From the human T2T-CHM13v2.0 reference genome, Homo sapiens: a stretch of DNA of 64,000 bases. The stretch is from assembly GCF_009914755.1 (NCBI RefSeq), contig NC_060929.1; one strand, 5' to 3'. The notes beneath the pieces are model-generated. The model was not told where the DNA came from and ran no database searches. It saw nothing but the letters and a program-made list of their open reading frames with translations. Position 1 is the stretch's first letter, and each line of letters starts with the position of its first letter. This document shows, one piece after another, positions 1 to 13,589 of this stretch. The position numbers and the translations under genes are program-made.

Positions 1-1417
<1,417 letters not shown>

Positions 1418-2687
1418 TAAAGATGATATTGTAAAACCTAAGAATAGGTTAATTATATTCACAATGTTGTACAACCATCACCACCATGCTCTGCTACCTC
1501 CCTCAGTGTAGGTCTGCCACAGTGCACAGCCAGGGGAAATGGAACCTGTTGGTGTTCATTGGCTGCTCAGTTGGCCTAGAATAGCTTTCCTACACCAGGA
1601 AATGGGGAGATGGGAATGCCAGTTAGCTGCCGAACCCACTAGAACGGCTCCACCACAACACAGAATTGCGGGGAAAGAGGGCCTATACTCCTCACCAGCT
1701 TCTCCGCTCAGCTCCTCCCCACTGAGCAGCAGCTGAGGGTGGGGGAAACTGTCACCTGGATGCCCACCCAGGAGAGATCTTCTGTCTGTATAGGCTGGGG
1801 AGGTGGGAGTTGCCACCTGGCTGCCAAGCCCACTGGACAAGCCACCTGGAGCTGGGGAGGGGGAAGGGTGAAGATCCTAGCTTGATTGCCATGGCCTCTC
1901 ACTGTTACTACTGAGTTTCTGTAGATTTGTTGAATAAATATTCCTTAAATTGTTGTAAGCCCTTTGGCCAATCACCAAAGATTTTTGAGTGATTGTCTTT
2001 TACCTGTTTAATAGATGTCTCCCTGGGGGAGAAGTTTCACTGGCATCATTACATTATCATTCTGGAAGCTCCTCTCTTCCTCATAGAGTTTTAATTAACC
2101 ATAGTGGAAAATGCATCTTTTAAAATAGCAGCATTTTGTAGAAGTCCTCTTGAAGGCTTCTCCTGATAAATTCATGTATCAATCTTGGTCTGATGGAATT
2201 CTAAGGAGAAGAAGAGATAGTGGCTGTATCCAATTGCAAGTATATTTAAAACCTTGCTGAAGATGGTGTAGTAGTAGCCAGGCCCTTCGCTCAGAGAGCT
2301 AACAGTCTGAGTAAGGCAAAGCATTTGAGTAGATAAACCTGAGATCAAAAGTAAAGTATCCCTGCAGGAAGGTAAGGAGATTAATAGCATGGAGGCATAT
2401 GGAGCTTTTGGAAATAGAGCCATTTGAAATCCACAAAATCACCTGTGTCTTCAGAGAGGGGCTTAGAGTGACTTCTAAGGGGATTAGACCCTGTTAACAG
2501 TGTGCTTCAGAGAGATGCATCAGTATACCTGACGAATGTTTATTGAATGTCCCTGGGGAGACTGACATTGTAATTATCTGTTTCTGAGGCTCTGCATAAC
2601 TTTGCTTTGATTTTTGCTTTTTTTTTTTTTCTGTAAGGACTTTGCCGTTACTGGGGATTTCATATTTCTTTTATTTTCAATTGGTTT

Positions 2688-3035
2688 TTAAGGAGGGAGA
2701 AGAGGCAATTGACTCTATGCCATTTGTATACAGTCTTGTAAAACCACTGCTGAAGATTTGAAATATTATTCTGACTTGAATAACTTGCCACTCCAAGTGA
2801 AGCTGTTTTCTTCGCTAGACTTGCCACAGTTTGGAAGGGAAGCTGTCCTTCAGCAATGATAAATGACACAGCAATTGTTTCTGCAAGTCCAGAATGATGA
2901 ATAGATCTTGCTTCATCCAAAGCTTTATTTCCAAAAGCTTTGACACAAAGAGAGACCAATTTCATTATTGCTACATTCTAGAAGAAGAAACAAAACCATT
3001 TGCCAGCATGCTTAATATGATGAATTTCTAAGCTG
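2688..3035 (+). repeat. Local direct duplication, copy A
   Basis: Aligns to 5124-5447; core 2803-2870 matches 5239-5306 at 67/68. Confidence 0.9.
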
Positions 3036-5123
3036 AAAGCACTATCCTTGTAATCTTTTTGATGTCTCTTAATATATCTATCCATTTTCCTTACAAAGAC
3101 CGTTTGTTTATTAAGATCCATTCTGTGAAAAGAGTCACATGGTGTATTTCAAACGTCCGTTTAAAATGATTCTTCAGGTATGATGCCAGAAGTTTTAATA
3201 GCCCTCCGCCTCCCCTTCACATTGCCTGTGTGATCTCTGGTGTGTCCTGCCAAGTACCCTCACTCTCTCACTTTCGTTGCCCAAGTGCATTCTGAGTAGC
3301 AAGGACTTCTGCTTGGACTCATTGTTTGGGTCAGGCTCAGAGAGAGCTCTTATGTTTTTTCTCATCAGCTAATAAAGATAAGGGGTGGCATCAGGGGAAG
3401 CATGCCTTAGAGATGAAGGGCAAATGGAGATCTTTGATTCAAAGAATGCGGCTCCATCACTTTCTCTCTTACATAAAAATTCTATTCATCCCACACTTCC
3501 TACTGCAAATCACATTGGTACACCATGACAATGCAGTAGATACACAAGGACTTTCCCACATCACACTACAAACACAGCCACCCTCTCTGGGGAACGTAAG
3601 AGAAACTTTTGGGCTTCCACTTCCCCTCCATTTGTTTGAAGGATCAAGAGAACACTGTTCCATTTTCAACAAAAATTAAAAAGGAAAATCATGAAAAGAG
3701 CCAACCTCCTCTTTTTTGTTTTCTCCCTTAATATATTGTTGCATCCAGGGAAGAGGAAACAGTGAGCGCCACTGATACTGGGTCCCCAGGGACCCCATAA
3801 GGGTCACTCCCCAGCTATCAAATGAGCATGTCTTCCTCCACTTGCAGAGTGAGTTTTTAACGGGAATGGAAGTTACTCTTGGCTCAGCTCTGATGTTGAA
3901 AAAAATAAAATAAAAAGAAAAGAAAAAAAGAAAAGAAAAAGAAATGCCACAGTGCTTCAGGGAACCAGGCTGTGTTCACACCTGGGTTTTCACAGGACAG
4001 AGATTTTTAGCTTTAAGGCTTTGGAGATTTGGAGAAAGGAGATTTCAGAAATCATTAGCCATGTTCCTGCCAGCCTCAGCAGGCCAGCTAAGAACAGTGT
4101 GTTCCTTAAGGGCAGGAACAAATTCCTTCCACATGTTTTGGTGTTTTTGTTTCTTCTTAACGTGCTATCAGTGATGCCATGGGCCAATTAACTTTGGGAC
4201 TTAAAATGTGACGATATCTCATTTATTCTACACCGTTGCTAAATAAGATGATCATGGGATAAAATTTTCCAGGTAACTGGACTGTCATCCTTTGAGAACT
4301 GTATTTTAAAAATGGAAATGTATCTGGACTCCATTCAGTGAATAAAAACAATAAAGACTGTTAACTCTTTGATTGTGCAAGTTCATGTTCATGGGTGTAT
4401 TACTTCATTGGCTGTATCAAAGATGTCCTCAAGGTCTATGGAGATGAAAAGGACTCTGCAGCCTCACATGATGGTCTTGAAATTCTAGCCTTTCCATTAG
4501 TTTTCTGATCTTCTAACTCAGTGTTCATTTGGCATTGTTATTCTGTCATTTCTTCCCAGAATCTGTGTCTGAGAAGCCTCATTGCCTTCCTCAGTCTTGA
4601 CTATTTACTTCTTCACCAGTTGTAACATAGGCAAAACTGAGAGAAACCAGATGGACTTAGTTTTACATACATTACTTAGTAAATCTTCCCTCCTGCCAAC
4701 TAAGTGAAGAGCACGGTTTTCATGACAGCATAAAAATCTAATTGATCCCTTCAGTCATTATGTGAGGAGATGGACTTTATATCAAGTGGCATTTTATTTT
4801 GAACTTAGAAAAATATGCATCTTATTACAATTTACCTTCAGTATAACAAGTCCATTGGACCTCCACGTCAGATTTTGAACCATTCATTTCTAAATTATTT
4901 GCTACCTCCTTAATCCAGGCCAGTATTATCTCTCAGAGATTATGGAAACTGCCTTTTGATGGTCTTCTAGCATCATCCTGGCTTTCTTCCAACCCTATCC
5001 ACTATAGTCAGAATGAGCTTTCAAAAACTGAATCTCATTATTTCACCTCCTTGCTCAATGGCTTTCCATGTTAGCCTCACCTTGCCGCACACACCCTCTC
5101 CTGCTGTGCTCTACCACACCGTC

Positions 5124-5447
5124 TTAAGGGGTGAAGAGAGGCAATTGACTCAATCTTGTATGTATACACTCTTGCAAAACCACTGCTGAGGATTTTAAAT
5201 ATTGTCCTGACTTGGATAACCTGCCATTCCAAGTGAAACTGTTTTCTTCGCTAGACTTGCCACAGGTTGGAAGGGAAGCTGTCCTTCAGCAATGATAAAT
5301 GACACAACAACAGTCTGTGCAGGTGGAAGATGATGAATAGATTTTACCTTATCTATCCCCTCATTTGACACAAGGTTGATACCAGTTTCCTAGAAGAAGA
5401 AACAAAATTATTTGCCAGAATGCTTAATATAATGAATTGTTAAACTG
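5124..5447 (+). repeat. Local direct duplication, copy B, lying inside an L2-like relic
   Basis: Aligns to 2688-3035; L2-like sequence at ~4900-5120 and ~5480-5620. Confidence 0.88.
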
Positions 5448-5699
5448 GCCATACTTTATATATATATATATATATCTCCCAGGACCTTTGCATCTGCTGT
5501 CTGCTCTATCTGGAATGCTCTTCTCTCTTTCCCTGGCCTGTTTCTTCTATACTTCAGTTCTCAAATTAAATTTCACTTCCTCAGATAGGCAATTCTTCAC
5601 CATTTTACTTAAAGTAGGCATTCACTATTATTCTCTGTCTAGGGTAGAGCATGTGGATAGACATATGAGAGTGAACACAGAGTATGAAAATCTTTATAT

Positions 5700-7450
5700 C
5701 ACATGTTAATACACATCATTAGATAGCATCTACCATGGAGTAGACATTAAATAACCTGGCAGACAAAAATGACCTCACCAGTTGACTTCAGCCACCCCAG
5801 TGCTGGAGCAAAGAACATGTGAACAAAGTAGCCACATTGGCAGACATTACACACGGGTCCAACAGCAAGAACTGCATTTACAAAGGCTGATCTAGCTACT
5901 ACCACTGCTGGATATCCAACATGCCAACCATGAGGACTGGTGATGGGTTTCCAGTATGACACCACTGCTCAAGAAAACCAATCAGTCACTTGGTAAGATG
6001 TTGACTCTAATGAGCTCCTTTCATCCTGAGGGGCCAGTGGTTCCTCATTACAGGCATAGACACATACTCTGGGTATATGTTTGCTTTTCTGCTCATGGGA
6101 ACTTAGCCAGCACTACTATGCAAGGGATGGGGTTATGGAATGCTTGCTATGTTGGCATAGAATCCTATATAACATCGCATCAAGCCATGGCCTTCAGCTT
6201 ATAGTAACTGAGGTTAGAAATGAGCCCTGGCCACAGGATCTACTGATCATATCAAATATGCACCACCCAGAAGTGGCTAGCTCCCTACAGTGCTTCTTGG
6301 AGGCAATACTCTGGAAGGATGGGGTGCCACCCTCTGGTATATAATTGAATCAAAGACTTTTATGTGCTGCTATGTCCTAATAGAAAGACTGCATAGGTCC
6401 AGGGACCAGGAGAGGAAGTGGGAGTGGCCCCGCTTGCCATCACTCCCAATAACACTCTGGGGTGATTGGCGGGTTGCAGGGGGTGGTGGTGTTGTACTTC
6501 TTATCATGTAACTCTGGGCTCTGCAGGGTTAGAAACTCCCATTCTCAAAGATGGTACACTTTCACCTTGGAACATAGCAAGAGTATCATTAAATTATAAG
6601 CCACAGCTGCCACCTGGACACTTTTATTCCTTGCCTCCAGGGTACAGAAGACAAGGAGAAGACAATCACCATCTTGGCAGAGGTAATTGACCTGATCATC
6701 AGGAGGAAGTAGGGCTGTTGTTACAGTGGGTCAGGAAGTATAGTATTGAACCCAACGACCTACTTAGGCTCATTTTGATACTTCCTGGCCCACTTGTGAT
6801 GTTAAATGAACAGGCACAGCAACCTTATTCCGCAAAAGGCATATGTCAAATAGCATATGAGCTGCTGTAACGAAACACCATAGACTGGGTGGCTAAAACA
6901 ACAAACATCTATTTCTCACAATTCTGGAGGCTGGGAAGTGCACATCAAGATGCAGGCAGATTCAATGTCTGGTGAGGGCTCTGTTCCTGGTTTGCAGAGA
7001 GCTGCCTTGCTACATCCTCACATGGGAGAGAGAGAGAAGGCCTAGTCTCCTCCTCTTCGTCTAAGGGCACTAATCACATCATGAGGGCCCCATACATAAC
7101 TTAAATCCAAACCTAAGTGCCTCCCAAAGACCCTACCTCCAAACACCATCACATTGGGGATTATGGTTTCAAGATATGAATTTTGGAGGGACACAAATAT
7201 TCAGTCCATAGTAGCATGGTGACAAGGGCTCAGACCTCTTGCAGATGAGAACCTGGATGAAATCACTAGGAAAACCACCAAGACTGCCAGAGGTGGTATC
7301 TGATGGTGAGGGGAGTCTAGACTGGGTAATGGAGAAAGAGAAAATGAGTATCAGTTTTGGTCCCTAGATTCATTGCAGCTGTGGGGGCTGAAATTTGTGG
7401 TCACCTTCTCTTCTAAGTTTTCAATCGAGAAGAGAAGCCCACTGGAACCT
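5700..7450 (+). mobile_element. Degenerate ERVL-class internal region (integrase remnant), interrupted by MLT1
   Basis: Frameshifted integrase-like peptides can be read (TKADLATTTA.YP.CQ; TGIDTYSGY; HPEVA). Confidence 0.7.
6843..7213 (-). mobile_element. MLT1-type MaLR LTR
   Basis: ccatagactgggtggct...atttctcacaattctggaggctgggaag...ggacacaaatattcagtccatag. Confidence 0.85.
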
Positions 7451-7499
7451 GCAGGAGATGCTTCATGAATATGCATGAATAAGTGGACTGGGGTGAGGC

Positions 7500-7895
7500 A
7501 GAGATGAGTCACCTAGTCTCTCTTCAAGGAAGCACTTGCACCTGAGCTATGAGAGTGCAGTTGGCAGACAGCCTCCACCTGCCAGCTCCTTCGGGGTCTG
7601 CCTCAGTTGCAGAGAGTCACACCTTTCCTGGGGAAGCCCACATCTGGTGACTGAGCCAGGCAGGGGTGTAGAGGAATGGACATTTCGGTTCAAATTGGCA
7701 CAACTCTGATGGGCAACATTTGCCCCAGAGCTGCCCACCATGCTGGCTGAGGCTTTGTCAGGGCTGCACTGCAGGTTGCTTTCTTCCTCTGCTCAATCTT
7801 TCTTTCCTCTTCCCTCTTTTTACTGGTGTTCATCCTTAATAAGTAGCTTCCATCCAAATTTGTCTCAGCATCTGCTTCCAGAGAACCCAACAGGC
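7500..7895 (+). mobile_element. LTR16-like ERVL LTR
   Basis: Follows the ERVL internal region; ends ctcagcatctgcttccagagaacccaac. Confidence 0.6.
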
Positions 7896-8156
7896 TATAG
7901 GCTATATGCTTTGCCTGCTACAGACAAAGGAGAAACTTGCTAACTAGGTAATTTGGGGCATATACATACATATGCGACTATGTAAACCACCTGGCACAGT
8001 GTGCTTGGTATATCACAGTGTTCAATATGTGCTGCAGTTTTGCTGTTTTAAAGGGAAGCTCCCCAAGAATGGACAGTCCCCCATGCTGACACAACTTTGT
8101 GAGGTTTCTGCTGAGGACAGGAAGCTGAGTGCTCAGTCTTCTGGCCACATTGTTGA

Positions 8157-8480
<324 letters not shown>

Positions 8481-8519
8481 TTGCAGTGCCTAATTCTTAA
8501 CTCAGCATCACTGTGAGCC

Positions 8520-8730
8520 CAGCACATTCCAAGTGTCTTGCATGTTTTAAGTCATTTCAACAACCCAGTGAAAAAGGTAGAGTTCCTAGTCCCATCTCAC
8601 AGATAAGGAAATGAGGTGCAAAGTGGTTCATGAACTGGTCTGAGGTCCCAAAGATTGGAAGTGGGAGAGCTGGGCTTTGAACACAGGCCACCTGGGAGCA
8701 GAATTTGGGCTTTTGCTTATAGCGTCTACT
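8520..8730 (-). mobile_element. MIR
   Basis: cccatctcacagataaggaaatgaggtgca...gagctgggctttgaacacagg. Confidence 0.7.
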
Positions 8731-9083
8731 GCCTCTTTGTTGAACTTTATTTTACAAAGAATGTGAGGCAGAATGAGACAATCCTGCCTTCACCTCCCAC
8801 TTGCCTGTGACATCCTTCCAGAATAATTTTTTTTCTGAATAGGAAAGGGCAACAGGATGAGGAAGATGTCACCTTCCTGCAGATAGATTGAAATTCATTC
8901 TTCTCTTTCTGAAGCCTGAGAGAGGGAGAATCCAACACACTTGTATCCCTGGGGCTGAGGAGTCAAGCACTGGGAACCACCCTGGCCGAGGGTATAATGG
9001 AAGGAGTGAGATGTTGACAATGTCAGCTTCCTTGCAAAATTTCAGTTATCTGCAAATAATTAACTCAGCTTTTTCAACATGTC

Positions 9084-9089
9084 TTTATT
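9084..9089 (-). terminator. Candidate distal polyadenylation signal AATAAA
   Basis: Plus-strand tttatt in an AT-rich region ~3.8 kb downstream of the stop codon. Confidence 0.55.
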
Positions 9090-9821
9090 TGCTTAAATTA
9101 ACAAAATATAGGTTACATGCTCTTTTCAGGTAAACTGCTTTTTCAGTGAAGCAGAAAGCAATATTCACAACTTGGGCTGCTATATACTTAGAGTTTTAGT
9201 TTTTAAATAGCAAGCCAGAGTTCTGTACAAAATCAACATTTGGTGTAATGTTGTCCAAATATGCGAAGGATTTCAAACGTTAGCTCTGTTATATTTTGTT
9301 CCAGCAAAGCAGACAAAGATCATAATTCAAAACACCATGTTAATATTTTATTAAATGCGTTCAGGGCTTAATAAATACAGTATGCACATTGAGCTTTCTC
9401 ATGCAACTACTCATATACAAATATACCAGTTACTCTTGTGGGTTTATGAAAGGTCAGCCTTAGTCTCATGGCCGGTGGGGAGTCAAATTTTTAAAAAGAG
9501 AGACAGAAAGAGGAATTGAAAGGTAACATGAGGAGTAATCATAGGAAAGAATAAAAAGAATAAAAGAAAAATATGCCACTTTGCTGGTCCATTGATTTGT
9601 TCAAAGTGACAGTGGTCAAAAGGCTGGAAAGCATTTGGTAGTGACCTATTTTCAGAGTCTCACAATATGATATTCTGGTTTTGGAATGCTGGTAATCTTG
9701 GAAGGCTTCATCCCTTAGTTCTCTGAGATGGCCCACATGGACTCTCCTTCAAGGCTTGCCTTCTGGTTCATCAGCTCATTAGGCAAGGCTGGCCAACCCT
9801 TCCCTTAACTCTGTGCTCTTG

Positions 9822-9953
9822 CATAAAGTGTCCATGTAATTTCTCACCCAAACTGGAATACTTTTGAGAATTAAGGTGACACTTGAATAATTATCCTGGG
9901 ACAACAGGTCTAAACCACGATCATCCCAGGCAAACCAGGATGTTGGTCACTCA
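9822..9953. mobile_element. Small hAT-type MITE (MER94-like) in the 3' UTR
   Basis: ~130 bp ending cccaggcaaaccaggatgttggtcactc. Confidence 0.5.
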
Positions 9954-11474
9954 ACAGCATACAAAACCAATGTTTTAGCATTGGTGCTCAGGTTAATGCT
10001 GTATTAACCATCAGGTTAGATCTAATTAAGTGTCTTATGCCCAGAGTCAACAACTAAAAACAGGCCCTGGAATACACTCCATAACAAATTGTTTTTATTT
10101 CTCCTAGACCTTTTTACTGCCTCCAAATAAAATTTTACTTAGAATGCTAATGTATAAATCAGATGGAACTTGAGCTGCTTGGAGTGAGGTGGGTGTGGGA
10201 GTTGAGAGCTTCTCCTCCCCTTACCACTCTTCAGAGGCCTAAAGATGACCTCTGGCTTCTCAAAACACAATCTGAAAACCACCATTCTAGACCATACTCT
10301 CTCTGTCTCAACATTAACTGGTCCCTCAAACATTCCCATGAGGTTTGTTTTGGTTGGAAAGGACTAGAGCCTGTTACTCTAGAATTTCCTGGTTTCCATT
10401 CCAGCCAGGCATACTCAGAACCAAACGGCATTCTACAGGACGTGTGGTCAAACACAGCACATAGTAGGTCCTCAACACATGGCCGCAGTGTGAATAAATG
10501 TGTAACCAGACCCCAAGAGCTGGAAGCCTCCCAGGCCACACTGCCAGCATCCTGGGCAATTTCATCAGAGGCACTGATGAGCTATATTAATACTGAATGG
10601 AAGGGACTTGCCCCTCTGAGGACTTGGAATGGGTTTTTGACCCAGAGTTGTGCTTGTAACCACAGAAACCCACAGTCTTCTCTTCACAATCTCCGTTGCA
10701 GGTGCCCTTACCTCAGGACATAGTACTCTTAGCACTTCATGGTGGTGGGGAGGCTGACAGGAGAAGCTTTAGGCAAGGTGGCAGGGGAAATGGGTCAGAG
10801 ATGGACACAACACATGGGTGAGTGATGACAACCAGGTGGGGCTAATGGGGCAGCACCTTGGCCTACAGAAAAGGCCAGCCCCCAGCAGTTGGAGATGGAC
10901 ATGTCTTCTAAAGGAATGTACTGGGAAATCTGGGATAGGATGAAGCACAATAATAACCAGTACCTAGCTCTACAAATACGAGTCAAAACTACCAAACAAG
11001 AAGTTTTTACATAAACAGACACAGTACCAGAGGGTTATTGCTATGGGCAGTCACACGTACACGACACCCAGTCAGTATTGCTTTTCTCAGTGCCAGTGCC
11101 TAAGTAAGTCTGACCTGCTGGGCCCATCCCACCCAATAGAGTCATTTCCACTCACTGGCATCATGGTTCAAGCATCTGGGAAGAAATAATGAGTCACCAT
11201 AGGCCAGTCATGCATTTTTCAACATAGTAAGTGACCATAAACATCACAGGCATCATCTTCTAGTATAATGTAAAAAGTGTGTATCTATATATAGACTGTG
11301 TGTGTCCGCTCATAAGGCTCTTACAGACAGGTAAGAAAGCCTAAGTCAGCAGTATGATTGTGAGGTCTCCTATTCTCAACCTTAAAGAGTCTGAGGCTAG
11401 GAACAGAAATACTTATGAAGTCTCTGGGAAGTGTCCTGGAAGCCACAGAAATGGTGAGTTCTATTTTAGTCCCC

Positions 11475-11660
11475 TCAATCTTCTCAATCTTGGCTGCACA
11501 TAAGAATTGCCAGGAGCAATTTGGAAAATTTCAGTCCTAGGGCTCCACTCCAGATCAATTAAATCAGAATCTTAATGGGTAAGGCCTTGGTTTGGTGGTT
11601 TTTTTTTAAAGGTCACCCCAGATGCTTCTAATGTACAGCCAGCACTGAAAACACAGTCCA
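11475..11660. mobile_element. MER5-type DNA transposon relic in the 3' UTR
   Basis: ttctcaatcttggctgcacataagaatt...aattaaatcagaatct...ttctaatgtacagccag. Confidence 0.75.
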
Positions 11661-11817
11661 GAGTCTTCTTTACTAATGATTTGCTGTCAACTATTCTAGT
11701 ACCCCAAATAAGTCAGAGCTTAGATTTCTGGGAGAATTCTCTGAGGTCACCCCCCCAGCTCTAGCTCTGAGGAGAAAGCCCCCTGGTCACTGGTGACAAG
11801 TCTTCCTGCATCTGTCC

Positions 11818-12122
11818 TTTTTTTTTTTTTTTTTGAGGCAGAGTCTCACTCTGTCACCCAGGCTGTAGTGCAGTAGCGTGATCTCAGCTCAGCTCACTGC
11901 AATCTCCACTGCCTGGGTTCAAACGATTCTCCTGCTTCAGCCTCCCGAGTAGCTGGAACTACAGGCTCCTGCCATCATGCCTGGCTAATTTTTGTATTTT
12001 TAGTAGAGAAGGGGTTTTGCCACGTTGGCCAGGTTGGTCTCAAACTCCTGACCTCAAGTGATCTGCCTGCCTCGGCCTCCCAAAGTGCTGGGATTACAGG
12101 CGTGAGCCTCTGCGCCCGGCCC
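11818..12122 (-). mobile_element. AluS in the ZNF366 3' UTR (sense to the mRNA)
   Basis: Alu consensus; TSD cctgcatctgtc at ~11806 and ~12122. Confidence 0.95.
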
Positions 12123-12673
12123 CTGCATCTGTCTTATGGGGCATGAGGCCTCAGAGCAAGACAGCAATGGTCTCCAGGAGGGAGCCGTGCTCGAGAAGTG
12201 AGGGTTTGTCTGAGGAGCCAGGGCCCCAAACATCATCATATCATCTGAAAAATAATGCTCCAAATGCTCAATCTGATGAAGACAGCCGACACAGAACAAG
12301 AGAATCTAAGTATTCTAGGTCACCAGTTTCCCTTAGTCAAAATTATTCTTCTCCTGAAATTTTACCTTATATCTGCAGCAACTACTGGAGAGCATTCTCT
12401 TCAATAGCTCATCCTCCTGTGCCATTTCTGACATTTTTGGTTATAGAATAAAGGCTATTTTTATATATATGACGACTAATATTTTCATCTATATGGAAAA
12501 TATTATAACCTTCACAAATTCACCTAAATAGTTATTAATAAGGTGACACCTCAAGCACCATATTTTTGCAATTAGAAATTTACCATGTATTGCATATGAA
12601 TCAAAGGAAAGTAGAATTTCTAAAAGCACCTCAGCATCAGCTTACAATTAGATATCTGGAAGAATACTCACAG

Positions 12674-12679
12674 TTTATT
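12674..12679 (-). terminator. Candidate proximal polyadenylation signal AATAAA
   Basis: Plus-strand tttatt ~240 nt downstream of the stop codon. Confidence 0.4.
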
Positions 12680-12916
12680 ATACTGGCAATGCATAAAACG
12701 CCACTGATGAAGACCCTGCACATGTGTGAAGGGTATCAAGGGCCCCGTGAATGACCTGAGAAGGCTTTCCATTACCTACATCCCTGCTCATTTAGTCTAA
12801 GCCATTTGTAGAGATTGGTACTATTCGCCAGTCTCCAGAAAATGACAGTTCATGCAGAAAGCTATATTTGAACTGCCTCGTTCTCATTTTCCAAATGTAA
12901 TTTTAAAACTGTCCAC

Positions 12917-13452
12917 TTAGATACCTAAAAGCACTGCTTGTTTTTCCATTTTCCTCTCCAGTAATTCTTTCAAACTCTCATCTCTGTGCTTGAAGTATAA
13001 GTAATCAGAAAAAGAGGGGCCCCGCCGGGTACTCTGAAAAGCCCTGAGACTGAGACACTCATCTCTGCCGGCACAGTCTCTCTCCTGGCCGCCCTCTGCC
13101 CCAAGGTCACCCTTGCTCCTCTTCTCCCATTCTCCCTTGGATGCATCCTCCTTCTCCTCCTTGCAGGCTTCCTCCAGCACCTCGGGGGCGTGCTCCGACT
13201 TGGTGGACAGATCCTCGGGTGTGCAGAGCTGCTGGCTCTGGGGGGCCAGGCCAGGGCTGTAGGGCTCCACCTCGTAGCAGTTATCCTCCTCTTCCTCCTC
13301 GTGGCAGTGGCTGCCCTGGGCACTCTCCCCGTCTGACTGGAACACCGGCACCTTGGCCCGGCGCTTCTGAGAGAGGTCAAAGGGCTCCTCCTGCTCCAGA
13401 CTCCTCAGGACACCGGCTGTCTGTGCCAGGGCGATTCTCCCCCTTCCCAGAC
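12917..13452 (-). CDS. ZNF366: ZNF366 last coding exon: acidic C-terminus with PFDLS and PEDLS CtBP-binding motifs and LKELL (LxxLL) box
   Basis: ttgcag|GT CTG GGA (G LGRGRIALAQ...AVLLGI*), TAA at 12919-12917. 536 nt; the four exons sum to 2235 nt = 744 aa + stop. PFDLS 13370-13384, PEDLS 13205-13219, LKELL 12959-12973. Confidence 0.97.
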
Positions 13453-13589
13453 CTGCAAGAGCAGAGTAAGAATTCATGCACCTGAGGAAATGCTGTGGAA
13501 ATGGGACCTTGAGGAAGGGGAGCAGCCCGGGGCCGTTTAATGTATTCCGATGCGTATTTTAAAAATAGATCATTCCCAGTAAGGATGTG

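Larger units (their letters stand above)
9065..12916 (-). other. ZNF366: ZNF366 3' UTR (long form; distal end approximate)
   Basis: Follows the stop codon. Minus-strand AATAAA at 12674-12679, 10094-10099, 9347-9352 and 9084-9089; AT-rich tail at ~9050-9450. The end is inferred, not observed. Confidence 0.6.

Noticed and set aside
2893-3036. Box C (ATGATGA) ... box D (CTGA) arrangement in duplicate copy A suggesting a snoRNA
   Set aside because: No terminal stem or host intron, the D box is not kept in copy B, and the best-conserved core lies outside the boxes.
5124-5443. TTAA at both ends of copy B suggesting a piggyBac insertion
   Set aside because: No terminal inverted repeats, and the 5' TTAAG is shared with copy A, so it belongs to the duplicated unit.
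10163-10723. 186-aa plus-strand ORF in the 3' UTR region
   Set aside because: No recognisable domain, codon bias or exon context; a chance ORF antisense to the UTR.
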